This document shows positions 42,164 through 53,918 of a stretch of DNA of 64,000 nucleotides, piece after piece. Source of the stretch: Candidatus Latescibacterota bacterium (GTDB taxonomy: Bacteria > Krumholzibacteriota > Krumholzibacteriia > WVZY01); assembly GCA_963791045.1 (NCBI GenBank), contig CAWBQK010000009.1, positions 192,001 to 256,000 on the forward strand, in the 5' to 3' direction. The stretch's first letter is position 1. Every line of letters starts with the position of its first letter. Both the position numbers and the translations under genes were made by a program. Below the pieces are notes generated by a model that was not told the origin of the DNA, ran no database searches, and saw nothing but the letters and a program-made list of their open reading frames with translations.

Positions 42164-44462
42164 TCAATTGGGAGACTGGGAACCCTGGTTGATAAGGTTA
42201 TCGACATATGTTTTCACGTCGTGTCCGGTCTTGTTATCCGGCTGCGCCTCAATCATCTGTTCCGCCACGGCGCGCGCCCGCATGGAGCTCCCCGTGCTTG
42301 ATATAATGATCGGCAAGAGCGAACAGAAACTCGATGTTGCCGGGATCGGCGTCGATGGCGGCCGGCAAAGCCCGTTCCGCTTCGGGAATCCGCCCGAAAG
42401 CCTGTTCGACCAGCCCGAGGTTGTACCATACACGCCCGCGCCCGGGCATTCCTTCCGCCGCCTTGCGCATATACACGGCGGACTCTTCGAGGTTGTTCAT
42501 CTCGGCTAGAAGAAGCCCCAGCGAGTACGCCGATTCGTAGTGTTCGGGATAATCCTCGACGATTTCGCGCAGCAGCTTTTCGGCTTCGTTGTTGCGGCCC
42601 TGAGTGTTGTAGAGTACGGCAAGGTTGACTTTAGCCGGATAGAAAAGATGGTCGATCTCGATCGCCGCTTTGTAGGACGCCTCAGCCCGTTCAGGATCAC
42701 CCAGAGTTGTATAGAGATTACCAAGGTTGTGGCCCGCGAATGAAAAATCGAGCGAGTACGTCATTGCCGCTTCATACTCTTCGATCGTTTCTTCCAGCGC
42801 CTCCCTCTGATACGGTTTGAACAGTTCATCGGGCAAAGGGGCGAGCCGCACCGCCGCCTGCATTCGAACCGCGCGAATGGGATCGAAGAGAAGCGGCGAC
42901 ACCAGTTCGAAGAGCCGTCTCGGGTTCGAGGATGTTGGCGTTGAGCACCGCCGTATACCGCATAAGCGCCTCGGGATCGGACAGCGCACGGTTGAATGCC
43001 GCCGTCGTCGCGTCACCGGGATAAGCGCCGAGCAAGTTGGAGCGCCGTTGCGCGGACGATTGTCGGGATAGAGTTCGTCACCGGCAAGGCGTATCAATTT
43101 GCCTCCGGCCTCGGGAAGGCGTTCGCGGCCCGCCGCGAGGATCGTTCCGTAATGAGGTTTCTTGGCCTGGCCGTACCACTTCGCGTAGTGATGCGCCGAC
43201 CACTGTCGGGCTTGTCGTTGTGACACCGCGCCTGGCTGCACGCGTTGGGCGTTCCGGTCTCGAGCGTGAGATCGGGACGCGGCACGCGCAGACTGTGATC
43301 CGCCCGCCAGTCAACCACCATGTACGGCTGCTCGGCCATATGGCATTTCACGCAGAGATATCCGTCGCTCGGTTTGCCCTCGTGCTCTCGCTTGTGAAAG
43401 TGATGATCGTAACTGTCGTACACCTCGGCCTGGTGGCACTGAAGACAGAGGTCGTTGCCTTCTTTGACGAGCTTCGAGGCTATGAACGTCGTGACAGTCC
43501 GCGCAGCGAACATCGTTCTTGTACATTTTGCTCTGCGTGAAAGAACCGTAGACATAGACTTCGTCGAGGATCTGCCCGTCGGCATAGTACAGACCCTCTT
43601 CGAGAACCGACGGGACGACATTGTCCAGGATATCGGAACGCGTGTGATCGTAGTCGCCGATTTCCATCCGCCTCGAATGACACGGCGCGCAAAGTTCGAC
43701 CTGTTGGCGCGATTCGATATTGCCGGTACGAATCACAAGCTCGTAGTTCTCCGTGTCGGGCCGGGCCATCGGCGGAATTTCCGCCCACTCGACATGCCGC
43801 GACCCGGGCCCGTGACACGCCTCGCAGCTCACATTTATCTCGGACCACGTCGTTGCGAACGTTTGTGTCGCGGCGTCATAGTTTTTCTTGAGATTTGTGG
43901 AATGACACTCGGCGCACATCCCGTTCCAGTTCTGCGCGCCGCGCGTCCAGTGGAGCCAGTCGTCGGGCGGAACGATCGAATCCGGGTAGAGGTAGAACCA
44001 CCTGGACTCGCTCGGTGTCCCAGGCGATCGTCAGGCACTGGAGACTGCCGCCCGGGAAATGGGATCAAATACTGCTGGAGCGGCTCCACACCGAAGGTGT
44101 GTGTGATCTCGAAGTCGCCCGGCTCTCCCCCAGGGCCCTCTGTGTGAACAAAAAACTTCCCGTCTTTTTTGAAAAAACGGGCCGTGACGCTTTCATAGCG
44201 CAAAAACACTATTATTGAAGTCACCCCGTACCGTACTGTCCGCCGCCACCGCCATCGCGTTATCGTGATCGGAGCCCCGCCACGATTCGTACGCCTTCTC
44301 GTGGCACTTGATGCACTTTTCCTTGCCGACAAATGCCGCCTCCGGACCCGGCTCCGCATCACGCGCTCGTTCGACAAAGGCCTCTTTGAGCGACATAAAC
44401 GGGAACCGAGAGACCACGATGACCAGTGGTGGCGATGAGGCCGGCGACTTCCACTTATGCAA
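42164..44462 (-). CDS. Membrane-anchored multiheme cytochrome c with HEAT/TPR C-terminus (many frameshifts; start approximate)
   Basis: CIKCH, CAECH, CEACH, CAPCH, CADCH, CLQCH, CVKCH and CSQARCH; TPR helices ('NLGNLY', 'YNLGL'). Confidence 0.82.
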
Positions 44463-44475
44463 GGTGTGTCGGGGG

Positions 44476-45061
44476 TCACGCGTGGTGTCAGCCTGCGCGG
44501 CGTCAGAAGGATTGCGTTTGATCGGGTCGACCGTATCGACTTTCACGATCCCGTTTTCGATCCGCACCGGGTGCAGATCGAGCGCGCGAGGCGCCGGCGG
44601 GCTCAAGACCTCGCCCGTGATGTCAAACGAGGACGAGTGACACGGGCACACAAACCGTCCTTTCTTCGTCGTCCCAGGGAACGGTGCAGCCGAGGTGGGT
44701 GCATTCGCGAGACAAGCGCCAGAAATCCACCGTCTCTCAAACACACCAAATAAAACTTCCCATGCGGAAAAGCCGTCACCGACTCGGGCTCGAACCGTTC
44801 GAGCGGCCCGGCCACCACGACCGCCGCTTCGCCGGCGCCCTTTTGCCTTCCCGCGGGCGGAGAAAATTGAGCGCGATCACGATATACTCGACGAGGGCAA
44901 TCCCGCCAATCACGATCCACAGCTTAAGAAGAACGAGCGGCGGGAGGATTCGCGGAGGCGCAGGCCCGTCACCGGCACCGCATCATCGTTCCCCGGCCGT
45001 CGCTTCCGCGGACATCGCCGGTCTTGCCCGGGTCGGGCTTTTTCTTTTTGTCTTTTGCCAT
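44476..45061 (-). CDS. Rieske 2Fe-2S subunit of a Rieske/cytochrome b complex (frameshifted; 3' end approximate)
   Basis: Tat-like 'SRRSF'; 'CTHLGC' (reassembled) and 'CPCHSS'; 'PPAPRAL'. Confidence 0.85.
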
Positions 45062-45086
45062 TGTAGTCACTTCACTCTGGATACGA

Positions 45087-46493
45087 TCATCGCATCCACG
45101 GCCACACAAGCGCCATTCCCTCCCCGCGGAACCAGACACCAGCGATCGTCAGAATCACGAAAGCCGTCGCGAAAAAAATAAACAACCGCCTGGACCGCTT
45201 CGTTGTTCGTCGCACCGTATCGTCTTCTTGAAAAAAATGTAAAACGCCATGCGAGCGCCGAGAAAGAATCCCGCCGTGAATCAGACCGTTGCTCACCGCG
45301 GCAGGCAGCTGGGAAACCACGCGGCAAAGTCGACCCAGTACTCCCCCGTCACAACGGCGATCGAAGTCGCGATCGCGGCGATCGGAAGGCCGCCAGCGCC
45401 ATCCGCCGCCCCTTGTGCGACATCAGGAAAACACCCGATGTGTCCTCGTCATACCGCAGGTACGGAATGAGAAGCGAGACCGAGCGCCGCCGGCAAGCGG
45501 AATAATCAACACGGCGGCCACCGGATGGAAATGGAGCAGGAGTTCCTGAAAACCCATGAAGTACCACGGCGCCTTGGCGGGGTTGGGGCTCATCCCCGGG
45601 TTCGCCGCGTCGACCGAGCGGCGCGTCAAACAACACCGCAACGGCCATCACGACGGCGATGAGCACCATCGCGGCCGATACTTCGCGGAGAAACAAGTTC
45701 GGCAGAAACAAAACGCGCTCGGGTTTCTCCTCCGGCGCCTCCCCAGGCGAGAGCGGAACGACAACCCCGCGGGCCCGCCGTACCCGCCAAAAATGAAACG
45801 CCATGAGAACGATCGACGAGAACTGGCACCACGGTTGTATGAACCGTATAAAATATAATGAGCGTCGAGGACCCGATCTCTGCGCCGCCGCGAATCGTAT
45901 TGACCAGCCAGATCCCCCGCCAACGGGATGTACCCCAGCATCCCGGTTACTATGGTAATAGCCCAGTACGAGAGCTGATCCCACGGCAAAAGATACCCGG
46001 TGAAATTCGATACCAGGACACAGCAGAGAAGCAGGAGTCCCAGGATCCAGTTGAACTGGCGGGGCGCATAGAATCCGCCGGTGAAGAAAACCCTCAACAA
46101 ATGCAGCAAAACTATCGCAATCAGAAAATTGGCGCTCCAGTGGTGGATGTTGCGAACAAGCTTTCCAAAAAGAACGCTGGTCTGGAGCGTGACGATCGAC
46201 TCGTATGCGAGCCCCGGCGACGGCTCGTAAACAAACATGAGAAGAACGCCGGTCGCGACGAGAAGTCCGAAGAGGACGGCCGACATCCCGCCCAATCCAA
46301 AAGTGTGGGTGTACCGAAGCGTCCGCGCGTCAACACGAACCGGGCGGTTGTGGAGAATTAGATTGTTGACGACGATCAACTTGCGATCCGTGTCGTCCTT
46401 CGGAACCACGGGGCCGCGCGTCACCGATTGACCGATGCGCTCGAACATACCGGAGCGTTTTTTCTGAGTGTCTCGATCGTCTTTGTTGCTCAA
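45087..46493 (-). CDS. Cytochrome b (fused b6 plus subunit IV type; frameshifted; start approximate)
   Basis: 'RNIHHWSAN', 'LHLLRVF', 'FTGYLLPWDQLSYWA', 'PNPAKAPWYF'. Confidence 0.88.
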
Positions 46494-46717
46494 ATCCGGA
46501 TCCTGAAGTGCGGAAAAAGGTAATTTCTCAAAGGGATCAGACATCAACCATACCGATCGAATCGACAAGCGTCAAGAGTCTCGACACTCGACCGGCGGCA
46601 ATGCGTTCGAACATCGCGAAACTGAAAGAGACATATCGACAGTGATTTCCGGGGCTGAATGTGTTATAATAGATGGACAAACCCACCTCTCGTTGACTAT
46701 TTTCCCCGGAGTCTGAT

Positions 46718-48530
46718 ATGCGCCGCTCCGCCACACTCTCGTGTCTTTGCATCGGTGTCTTCTCCCTGATTACCGTCCTTGCGAACCTTGTAAGCCCCGT
46801 GTACGTCCAGGCGCAGCTTATCGGCCCTGAATTCATGGTCAACACATACGTCACCGGCGACCAGGCATTCCCAGCCGTGGCGATGAACGCATCGGGGGAT
46901 TTTGTCGTCGCATGGGAGAGCACCGACCAGGACGGAGACGGGCTTGGGGTGTACGGGCAGCGGTTTGATGCGATGGGCAACAAGGTCGGCCTCGAGTTCC
47001 AGGCAAACACATACACCGCCCTCGATCAGAGTTTTGCGGGTGTCGCGCTTCGTGACGACGGGGCGTTTCTCATTGTGTGGCAGAGCACGGGCCAGGATGG
47101 CAGCGGCCGGGGGATCTTCGCCCGGTTGTACGACTCCGCCGGCGCTCCGACGGGGCCCGAATTTCAGGCCAACACAACTACATTCAGTAACCAGGCCTTT
47201 CCCGATGTGGCGGTCAACCCGGTGACAGATGGGTTCGTCGTGACGTGGAGTAGCGCGTTCCAGGACGGCAGCAGCGACGCGGTCATCGTGAGAAAGTTCA
47301 ACGCCGACGGGGTTCCGACACGCCCCGAAGTCATGGCAAACGACTTCACATATGGTTTTCAGGGTTATTCGCGCGCCGACTGCGACGCGGCGGGCAACTT
47401 CGCCGTTGCCTACACGAGCTTTGAGTATGACGGCGACCAGTACGCGATAGGCGCGAGACGTTTCCGCGCCGATGCTGTCCCACAGGGACCCGAGTTTCTC
47501 GTCAATACGTTCTCCACATCTCACCAGGATTACCCCGATGTCGCCACCGCTCCCGACGGGAGCTTTGTCGTGGTGTGGCACAGCGCGATCCAGGACGGCG
47601 ACGGCTACGGCATTTACAAGAAGAGATATACGAGCGCCGGTGTTGCGCTAACCGGAGACGTCCAGGTCAACACGCACACGGCATCGAGCCAGTGGTGGCC
47701 CAAGATCGAAATGAACGACTTTGGCAGTTACACGATTGTCTGGCAAAGCGACTCGCAGGACGGAAGCGGCCGCGGCGTATACGGAAGACGCTACCAGTTC
47801 GACGGCACGCCCCATACATCGGAATTCCGGATCAACACAACGACGGCCGGAAATCAGGATCGTCCCGCAATCGCGTCGGATCCCCTGGGTAACCTGGTGG
47901 TGGTTTGGCAGAGCACAAATATCGACGGCAGCGGCACGGACATTTTTGCGCAGAGAATGTCGAGCGGGCACCGTCCCGGTCGCGTTTTCCGCCGTTTCCG
48001 CCGAGGCGTTCGACGGATCGGTCCTCGTGCAGTGGGACGTCTCCTCGGATATCCGAATCGCCGGGATAAATGTTTACAGAGATGACGACACGCGTGACGA
48101 CATAAAGATCGCGTCGATGCTTCCGAGTAACATAACCGAATTCACCGACCACACTGCCGAGCCCGGCAAAGAGTATGTGTACACGGTTGGTGTCGTCGAC
48201 GCCGACGGACGCGAGACGCATTCCCGTAGCGTCACCGCGGCTGTTGATGCTTTCACATATCGCCTTCTTCAGAACCACCCCAACCCGTTCAACCCGTCCA
48301 CCACAATCGAGTACGTGCTCCCCACACCGGGCCATGTCGACCTTCGCGTGTACGACCCGCGCGGGCGCCTGGTGACGACACTCGTATCCGGCGACAAAAC
48401 CGCCGGGCGTCACACAACCTCCTGGAACGGCCGCGATGCCGTGGGAACTCCGATGACCACGGGCATGTACTTTTATCGGCTGCAAACCGATACGTTTACC
48501 CAAACCAGGAAAATGCTCTTACTGAAGTAA
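46718..48530 (+). CDS. Secreted repeat protein (7 repeats, probable beta-propeller) with FlgD-Ig/T9SS-like C-terminal domain (frameshift near 47965)
   Basis: Seven 'EF.(V/A)NT...Q..P.VA....G.FVV.W.S..QDG' repeats; 'QNHPNPFNPSTTI...TRKMLLLK'. Confidence 0.8.
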
Positions 48531-48731
48531 ATGCGCGCGCCCGGGGCAGATCGTCGCATAAGATGTTCTAGCGCTTGATGTTGCCCGCCAATAACTTTGC
48601 CAATACGGGCCCGTTTGTGCTATTCTTGGTGCAAGCGATTTTCTATCCTGTATATGACAAAGGGACCGTGCGATTCCCGTGAATCGTATGTAAACACCTG
48701 TATATCTCGCGACCGCTGGGGGTTCCGGACG

Positions 48732-49883
48732 TTGAGGAACGAATTCCTTCCATTTTCACGCCCATCGATAACCGAAGGGGACATCTCCGCCGTTGTCGAC
48801 GTGCTCCGGTCCGGCTGGATCACCACCGGGCAGAAGTGCGCCGAGTTCGAACAGGCGTTTTGTGAATACACCGGCGTGCCCGGGGCCGTCGCGGTCTCGT
48901 CGGCGACCGGGGGGATGCATCTCGCCCTTCACGCCCTCGGGATCGGGCCGGGTGACGAAGTCATCACTCCGTCGCTCACATGGGTGTCGACGGTCAACAT
49001 GATCGTCCTCGCCGGCGCCACTCCTGTGTTCGCGGACGTCGACAGGGACACACTCAATGTCACGCCCGAGTCGCTAAGCGCGTGTATCACCCCAAAAACA
49101 AAATTGATAATACCGGTTCATTTTGCCGGCGCCCCCGCCGATATCGGCGCCATCCGGCGAATCGCCGCGGACAAAGGCATCCCGATTATTGAAGACGCGG
49201 CGCACGCCCTCGGAACCGAGTACGACGACCGCCCCGTCGGCGCTTCCGGAACATCGATCTTTTCATTCCACCCAATAAAAAACATTACGACCGCCGAAGG
49301 CGGGATGGTGTGCTCCGATGACGCTGATTTTATCGAACGAATCCGACGTCTCAAGTTCCACGGACTTGGGCTTGACGCCTATGACCGTGCAACGCAGGGC
49401 CGCTCACCGCAGGCGGAAGTCCTCGAACCGGGCTACAAATACAACATGACCGACATTTCGGCGGTTCTTGGGATCGAACAGCTCAAACGAATCGAGACAT
49501 TCAACCTCAAGAGAACGCAACTGGCGCTGAGATACCGGCAACAGCTCACCCATATGGACGGGATTCTGCCCCTCGCCGACCCCGGCTACCCCATGACCCA
49601 CGCGTGGCATCTCTTTGTCATTCGGGTGGATACGGACAAGTTGGGATTGAGCCGCGCGGAATTCATGGACAGGCTCAAGACCCGCAACATCGGAACGGGA
49701 ATTCACTTTCTTGCGGTTCACAATCAGAAATACTATAGAGAAAAGATGGGCGCCGGGCCGGGGATGCTTCCCCACACCGAATGGAACTCCGAAAGGATCT
49801 GTTCGCTCCCGCTCTTCCCCGCCATGTCGGTGGAAGATGTCGACGATGTCGTGGACGCCATCAAAAAAGTAATCAGCGAGTAA
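48732..49883 (+). CDS. arnB: UDP-4-amino-4-deoxy-L-arabinose aminotransferase
   Basis: DegT family 'EDAAHALG', '[15 protein letters not shown]', '[16 protein letters not shown]'; operon context. Confidence 0.9.
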   Translation: MRNEFLPFSRPSITEGDISAVVDVLRSGWITTGQKCAEFEQAFCEYTGVPGAVAVSSATGGMHLALHALGIGPGDEVITPSLTWVSTVNMIVLAGATPVFADVDRDTLNVTPESLSACITPKTKLIIPVHFAGAPADIGAIRRIAADKGIPIIEDAAHALGTEYDDRPVGASGTSIFSFHPIKNITTAEGGMVCSDDADFIERIRRLKFHGLGLDAYDRATQGRSPQAEVLEPGYKYNMTDISAVLGIEQLKRIETFNLKRTQLALRYRQQLTHMDGILPLADPGYPMTHAWHLFVIRVDTDKLGLSRAEFMDRLKTRNIGTGIHFLAVHNQKYYREKMGAGPGMLPHTEWNSERICSLPLFPAMSVEDVDDVVDAIKKVISE

Positions 49884-49907
49884 AGTACATACACAAAACG
49901 GAACATC

Positions 49908-50915
49908 ATGCACAAGATCTTGTCCCTATCAATAGTCATCCCTGTTTTCAACGAGGAAGAAAGCCTCCACGAGCTCATCGACCGCTGTCTGGCCGTGTGC
50001 CGGGATATGGCGCGGCCCACCGAACTCATCCTCGTCGATGATGGAAGCATGGACAACTCGATGGAGATCATCTCCGAAGCGGCGATCAAACACGACGGTG
50101 ACATCGTCGGTGTGTTTCTCAATCGAAATTACGGACAGCACGCGGCGGTTATGGCCGGTCTCGGCGAATCGAGGGGCGATATCGTGGTCACGCTCGACGC
50201 CGATCTCCAGAATCCGCCCGAAGAGATCCCGCGACTCGTGGCCAAAATGGAAGAGGGTTACGATGTCGTCGGGACCATTCGCGTGCCGCGAAACGACACT
50301 GCATTCCGCCGCCTGTCATCGCATCTCGTGAACAAGGTCGTCCAGAAATCGACCGGCGTGATGATGCACGACTACGGATGCATGCTTCGCGCGTACAAAC
50401 GCACGATCGTCGATGCGATGCTCTCGTGCCACGAACGGAGCACATTCATCCCCGTTCTCGCAAACAGCTTTGCCCGCAAGACGGCGGAGATCGAAGTCAA
50501 GCACGAGAGCCGCACGCAGGGCACTTCGAAGTACAGTCTCTGGAAACTCGTCAATCTCCAGTTCGATCTCCTGACGAGCATGACCACATCGCCGCTCCGT
50601 ATCTTGAGTCTTTTGGGAGCCGTCATTTCATTTGTCGGAATCGCGTTCGGGGTGTACCTGTTCGTGGGACGACTGATCTACGGAGCCGAATGGGCCGCCG
50701 GCGGGGTTTTTACCCTGTTCGCCGTTCTATTTGTTTTTATCGGAGCGCTTTTTATCGGCATGGGACTCCTCGGCGAATATATCGGACGTGTCTATCACGA
50801 CGTAAGGGCGCGGCCGCGGTATTTTGTCGAGCGGGTTGTCGGACGTCCGGCGTCGAGACGAACGGACTCCGAACACACATCACGGAAGTTCGACGGTTCC
50901 GGAACATCGCGTTGA
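49908..50915 (+). CDS. arnC: Undecaprenyl-phosphate Ara4FN transferase
   Basis: GT2 '[10 protein letters not shown]', '[12 protein letters not shown]', 'CHERSTFIP'. Confidence 0.92.
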   Translation: MHKILSLSIVIPVFNEEESLHELIDRCLAVCRDMARPTELILVDDGSMDNSMEIISEAAIKHDGDIVGVFLNRNYGQHAAVMAGLGESRGDIVVTLDADLQNPPEEIPRLVAKMEEGYDVVGTIRVPRNDTAFRRLSSHLVNKVVQKSTGVMMHDYGCMLRAYKRTIVDAMLSCHERSTFIPVLANSFARKTAEIEVKHESRTQGTSKYSLWKLVNLQFDLLTSMTTSPLRILSLLGAVISFVGIAFGVYLFVGRLIYGAEWAAGGVFTLFAVLFVFIGALFIGMGLLGEYIGRVYHDVRARPRYFVERVVGRPASRRTDSEHTSRKFDGSGTSR

Positions 50916-50926
50916 AGGATTCAAAA

Positions 50927-52939
50927 ATGAAAGCTGTCGTTCTCGCTTACCATGACATCGGCTGTGTCGGCATCGAGTCGCTCCTCAAGAACGGATTCGA
51001 CATCGCCGCCGTGTTCACGCACAGGGATGACCCATACGAAAACACGTGGTTCGGATCGGTGGCGGAGACCGCCGCCTCGCACGGCATCCCCGTATTCGCC
51101 CCCGATGATGTCAACCACCCCATCTGGGTGGAGAAGATCAAGTCGATCGAGCCCGACATCATCTTCTCCTTTTATTACCGAAACCTTGTCGGCGAGGAGA
51201 TTCTCGCCATTCCGGAGGCGGGAGGACTCAACCTCCACGGCTCGCTTCTGCCCGCGTACAGGGGCCGCGCGCCCGTGAACTGGGTTCTCGTCAAAGGTGA
51301 AACCGAAACCGGCGTCACGCTTCATTACATGACCCGGCGACCCGATGCCGGAGACATCGTCGCGCAGAAGAAGGTCGCCATCGCGGACGATGACACGGCG
51401 CTGACACTCCACAAAAAAACCGCCGCCGCTGCGGGCGAAATGCTCGACAACATTCTCCCGCAGATCAAAGCGGGGACGGCGCCGCGCACGCCACAGAGCG
51501 ACACCGGCGCATCGTATTTTGGCCGCCGCTCGCCCGAAGACGGCGAAATCGACTGGACGCTAACTGCATCAGACGTGCGCAACCTCGTAAGGGCCGTGAC
51601 ACATCCGTACCCGGGGGCCTTTAGTTTTGTCGGCGAGAGAAAATGCTTCTTCTGGTCTGTAAAAGACGTCCATAACGGCGGTCCCGCGATGCACCCCGGG
51701 ACGATTCTGTCGACCGATCCTCTCGTCATCGCCTGCGGAGAGGGCTCTGTGGAGGTTGAGTTTGGACAACCCGACGATGGCATCCATGTCGCGGGATCCC
51801 AGTTGGCAAGCGAGCTTCATCTCACCGTCGGCATGAGTTTTGGCAAGAGCATGGTGTCGCGAGCGGAAACGGTGAGAAAAAAGAAAGTCCTGATCCTCGG
51901 TGTCGACGGTTTTATAGGCAATGCGCTCGGCGAACGGCTCCTCGAGAGCGACGACTATGAAGTCCACGGCATGGATATCCGCTCGGAGTATATTGAGCGG
52001 CTCATGGACCGGCCGGGTTTTAATTTCACCGAAGGCGACATATCGATTCACAGGGAATGGATCGAGTATCACATCCGCAAATGCGATATTATCGTCCCTC
52101 TCGTCGCCATAGCGACGCCGGCGGAGTACACGCGGAACCCTCTGCGCGTGTTCGAACTGGACTTCGAAGAAAATCTGCGCGTGGTGCGCTACTGCGTAAA
52201 ATACAATAAGCGGATCATCTTCCCTTCGACATCGGAAGTTTACGGGATGTGCCAGGAGGACGAGTTCGATGAGGATAACTCGCAGCTCGTCCTGGGACCG
52301 ATTCGCATGCAGCGGTGGATCTATTCGTGCAGCAAGCAGCTTCTCGACCGGGTTATCTGGGCATACGGGCAGAAAGTCGGCACGCGGTTCACGCTTTTCC
52401 GGCCCTTCAACTGGATCGGCCCGCGGCTCGACAGCCTCGAATCCGCGCGGATCGGCAGCTCGCGCGCAATCACGCAGCTGATTTTGAATCTTGTCGAGGG
52501 CACACCAATCAAACTCGTCGACGGCGGCGACCAGAAACGCTGCTTCACCGACGTGACCGACGGGATTGAAGGACTATTCAGAGTAATAGAAAACAAGAAT
52601 CACAACTGTGACGGCCGGATAATCAACATCGGCAACCCGGACAATGAGATCAGCATCAAGGATCTTGCCCATATGCTGGTCGACATGTTCAAACAACATC
52701 CCCTGCGGTCGCAGTTTCCTCCGTTTGCCGGGTTCCGCGAGATCGAAAGCCGCTCGCACTACGGTGTGGGTTATGAGGACATCCAACACAGACGTCCGAG
52801 CATTAGAAACGCAAAGAAACTTCTCAAATGGGCGCCGACGGTGCCGCTCGAAGTGTCGGTTGAAAAAACCCTCGACTTCTTTCTCCGGCAGGCGGTGGAG
52901 AGCGAAGGGTTCGACACGGGACCGGTCAACAAGGCATGA
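50927..52939 (+). CDS. arnA: Bifunctional UDP-GlcA decarboxylase / UDP-Ara4N formyltransferase
   Basis: 'MKAVVLAYH', '[14 protein letters not shown]', '[13 protein letters not shown]', 'FPSTSEVYG'. Confidence 0.96.
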   Translation: MKAVVLAYHDIGCVGIESLLKNGFDIAAVFTHRDDPYENTWFGSVAETAASHGIPVFAPDDVNHPIWVEKIKSIEPDIIFSFYYRNLVGEEILAIPEAGGLNLHGSLLPAYRGRAPVNWVLVKGETETGVTLHYMTRRPDAGDIVAQKKVAIADDDTALTLHKKTAAAAGEMLDNILPQIKAGTAPRTPQSDTGASYFGRRSPEDGEIDWTLTASDVRNLVRAVTHPYPGAFSFVGERKCFFWSVKDVHNGGPAMHPGTILSTDPLVIACGEGSVEVEFGQPDDGIHVAGSQLASELHLTVGMSFGKSMVSRAETVRKKKVLILGVDGFIGNALGERLLESDDYEVHGMDIRSEYIERLMDRPGFNFTEGDISIHREWIEYHIRKCDIIVPLVAIATPAEYTRNPLRVFELDFEENLRVVRYCVKYNKRIIFPSTSEVYGMCQEDEFDEDNSQLVLGPIRMQRWIYSCSKQLLDRVIWAYGQKVGTRFTLFRPFNWIGPRLDSLESARIGSSRAITQLILNLVEGTPIKLVDGGDQKRCFTDVTDGIEGLFRVIENKNHNCDGRIINIGNPDNEISIKDLAHMLVDMFKQHPLRSQFPPFAGFREIESRSHYGVGYEDIQHRRPSIRNAKKLLKWAPTVPLEVSVEKTLDFFLRQAVESEGFDTGPVNKA

Positions 52940-53006
52940 TGAAACGTCGATAGCTGTAATTCGAGTCGCGACTTCGTTTCAACCGCGAGCCCATTGAAAT
53001 TTGTCT

Positions 53007-53897
53007 ATGAGAATTGGCCTGAGAATTGATGTCGATACCCACCGGGGCACGCAAAGGGGCGTCCCGAATCTTCTGCGGCTGCTTGACGATCACCATATCG
53101 CGGCCACGTTCTTCTTCTCCGTCGGCCCCGACAATATGGGACGTCATCTCTGGCGGCTGCTTCGGCCGCAATTTCTCTTCAAAATGCTGAGAACGCGGGC
53201 GGCCAGTCTCTACGGCCCGGACATTATCCTCCGGGGGACATTCGGCCGCGGACCACTTCTCGGGGAAAAGTTCGGCGATATCATGAAAGCGGCCGCGGAC
53301 GCCGGGCACGAGGCGGGGCTGCACGACTGGGACCACTACACCTGGCAGACACATCTCGACAAGATGGACAGAAGCGTGATACGCGCCACACTAAAACAGG
53401 GTGTCGACACGCTCACGAGCATTCTCGGAACAACACCGGTGTGTTCGGCCGTTCCGGCCTGGAAATGCAACGATACGGTGCTTCTTGAAAAGAACAGATT
53501 CCCGTTCCGGTTCAACAGCGACTGCCGGGGGAAAAACGTCTTCCGGCCCGTCGTCGACGGAAAATCTCTCGACCAGCCCCAGATCCCGGTGACCCTACCG
53601 ACATACGATGAAGTGATCGGTCGCAACGGGATCAACAACAAAAACTTTAATCATTTTATGATCGAACAGCTCGACCTGAACGGTTTGAATGTGCTGACAA
53701 TTCACGCCGAATCCGAGGGCATATCCTGTCTGGGGCTCTTTAAAGAGTTCGTCGAAAAAGTCCAGTCACTTGGCGGATCGTTCTGTCCGTTGGGAGAACT
53801 CGTAGAACATGTCGAACCGCTTCCACGAGCGAGCGTGTCGCGGGGATCGCTTCCCGGCCGCGAGGGATGGCTTTCGCTTCAATCGCTCTATGAGTAG
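53007..53897 (+). CDS. arnD: Ara4FN-undecaprenyl deformylase
   Basis: 'GLRIDVDT', 'GPDNMGRHLWRL', 'TLPTYDE', 'TIHAESEG'. Confidence 0.94.
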   Translation: MRIGLRIDVDTHRGTQRGVPNLLRLLDDHHIAATFFFSVGPDNMGRHLWRLLRPQFLFKMLRTRAASLYGPDIILRGTFGRGPLLGEKFGDIMKAAADAGHEAGLHDWDHYTWQTHLDKMDRSVIRATLKQGVDTLTSILGTTPVCSAVPAWKCNDTVLLEKNRFPFRFNSDCRGKNVFRPVVDGKSLDQPQIPVTLPTYDEVIGRNGINNKNFNHFMIEQLDLNGLNVLTIHAESEGISCLGLFKEFVEKVQSLGGSFCPLGELVEHVEPLPRASVSRGSLPGREGWLSLQSLYE

Positions 53898-53918
53898 CGG
53901 CGTTTTTCGAACACCCAA

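Noticed and set aside
50378-50926. 183-aa N-terminal extension of ArnA
   Set aside because: It overlaps arnC in another frame; the canonical start MKAVV is at 50927
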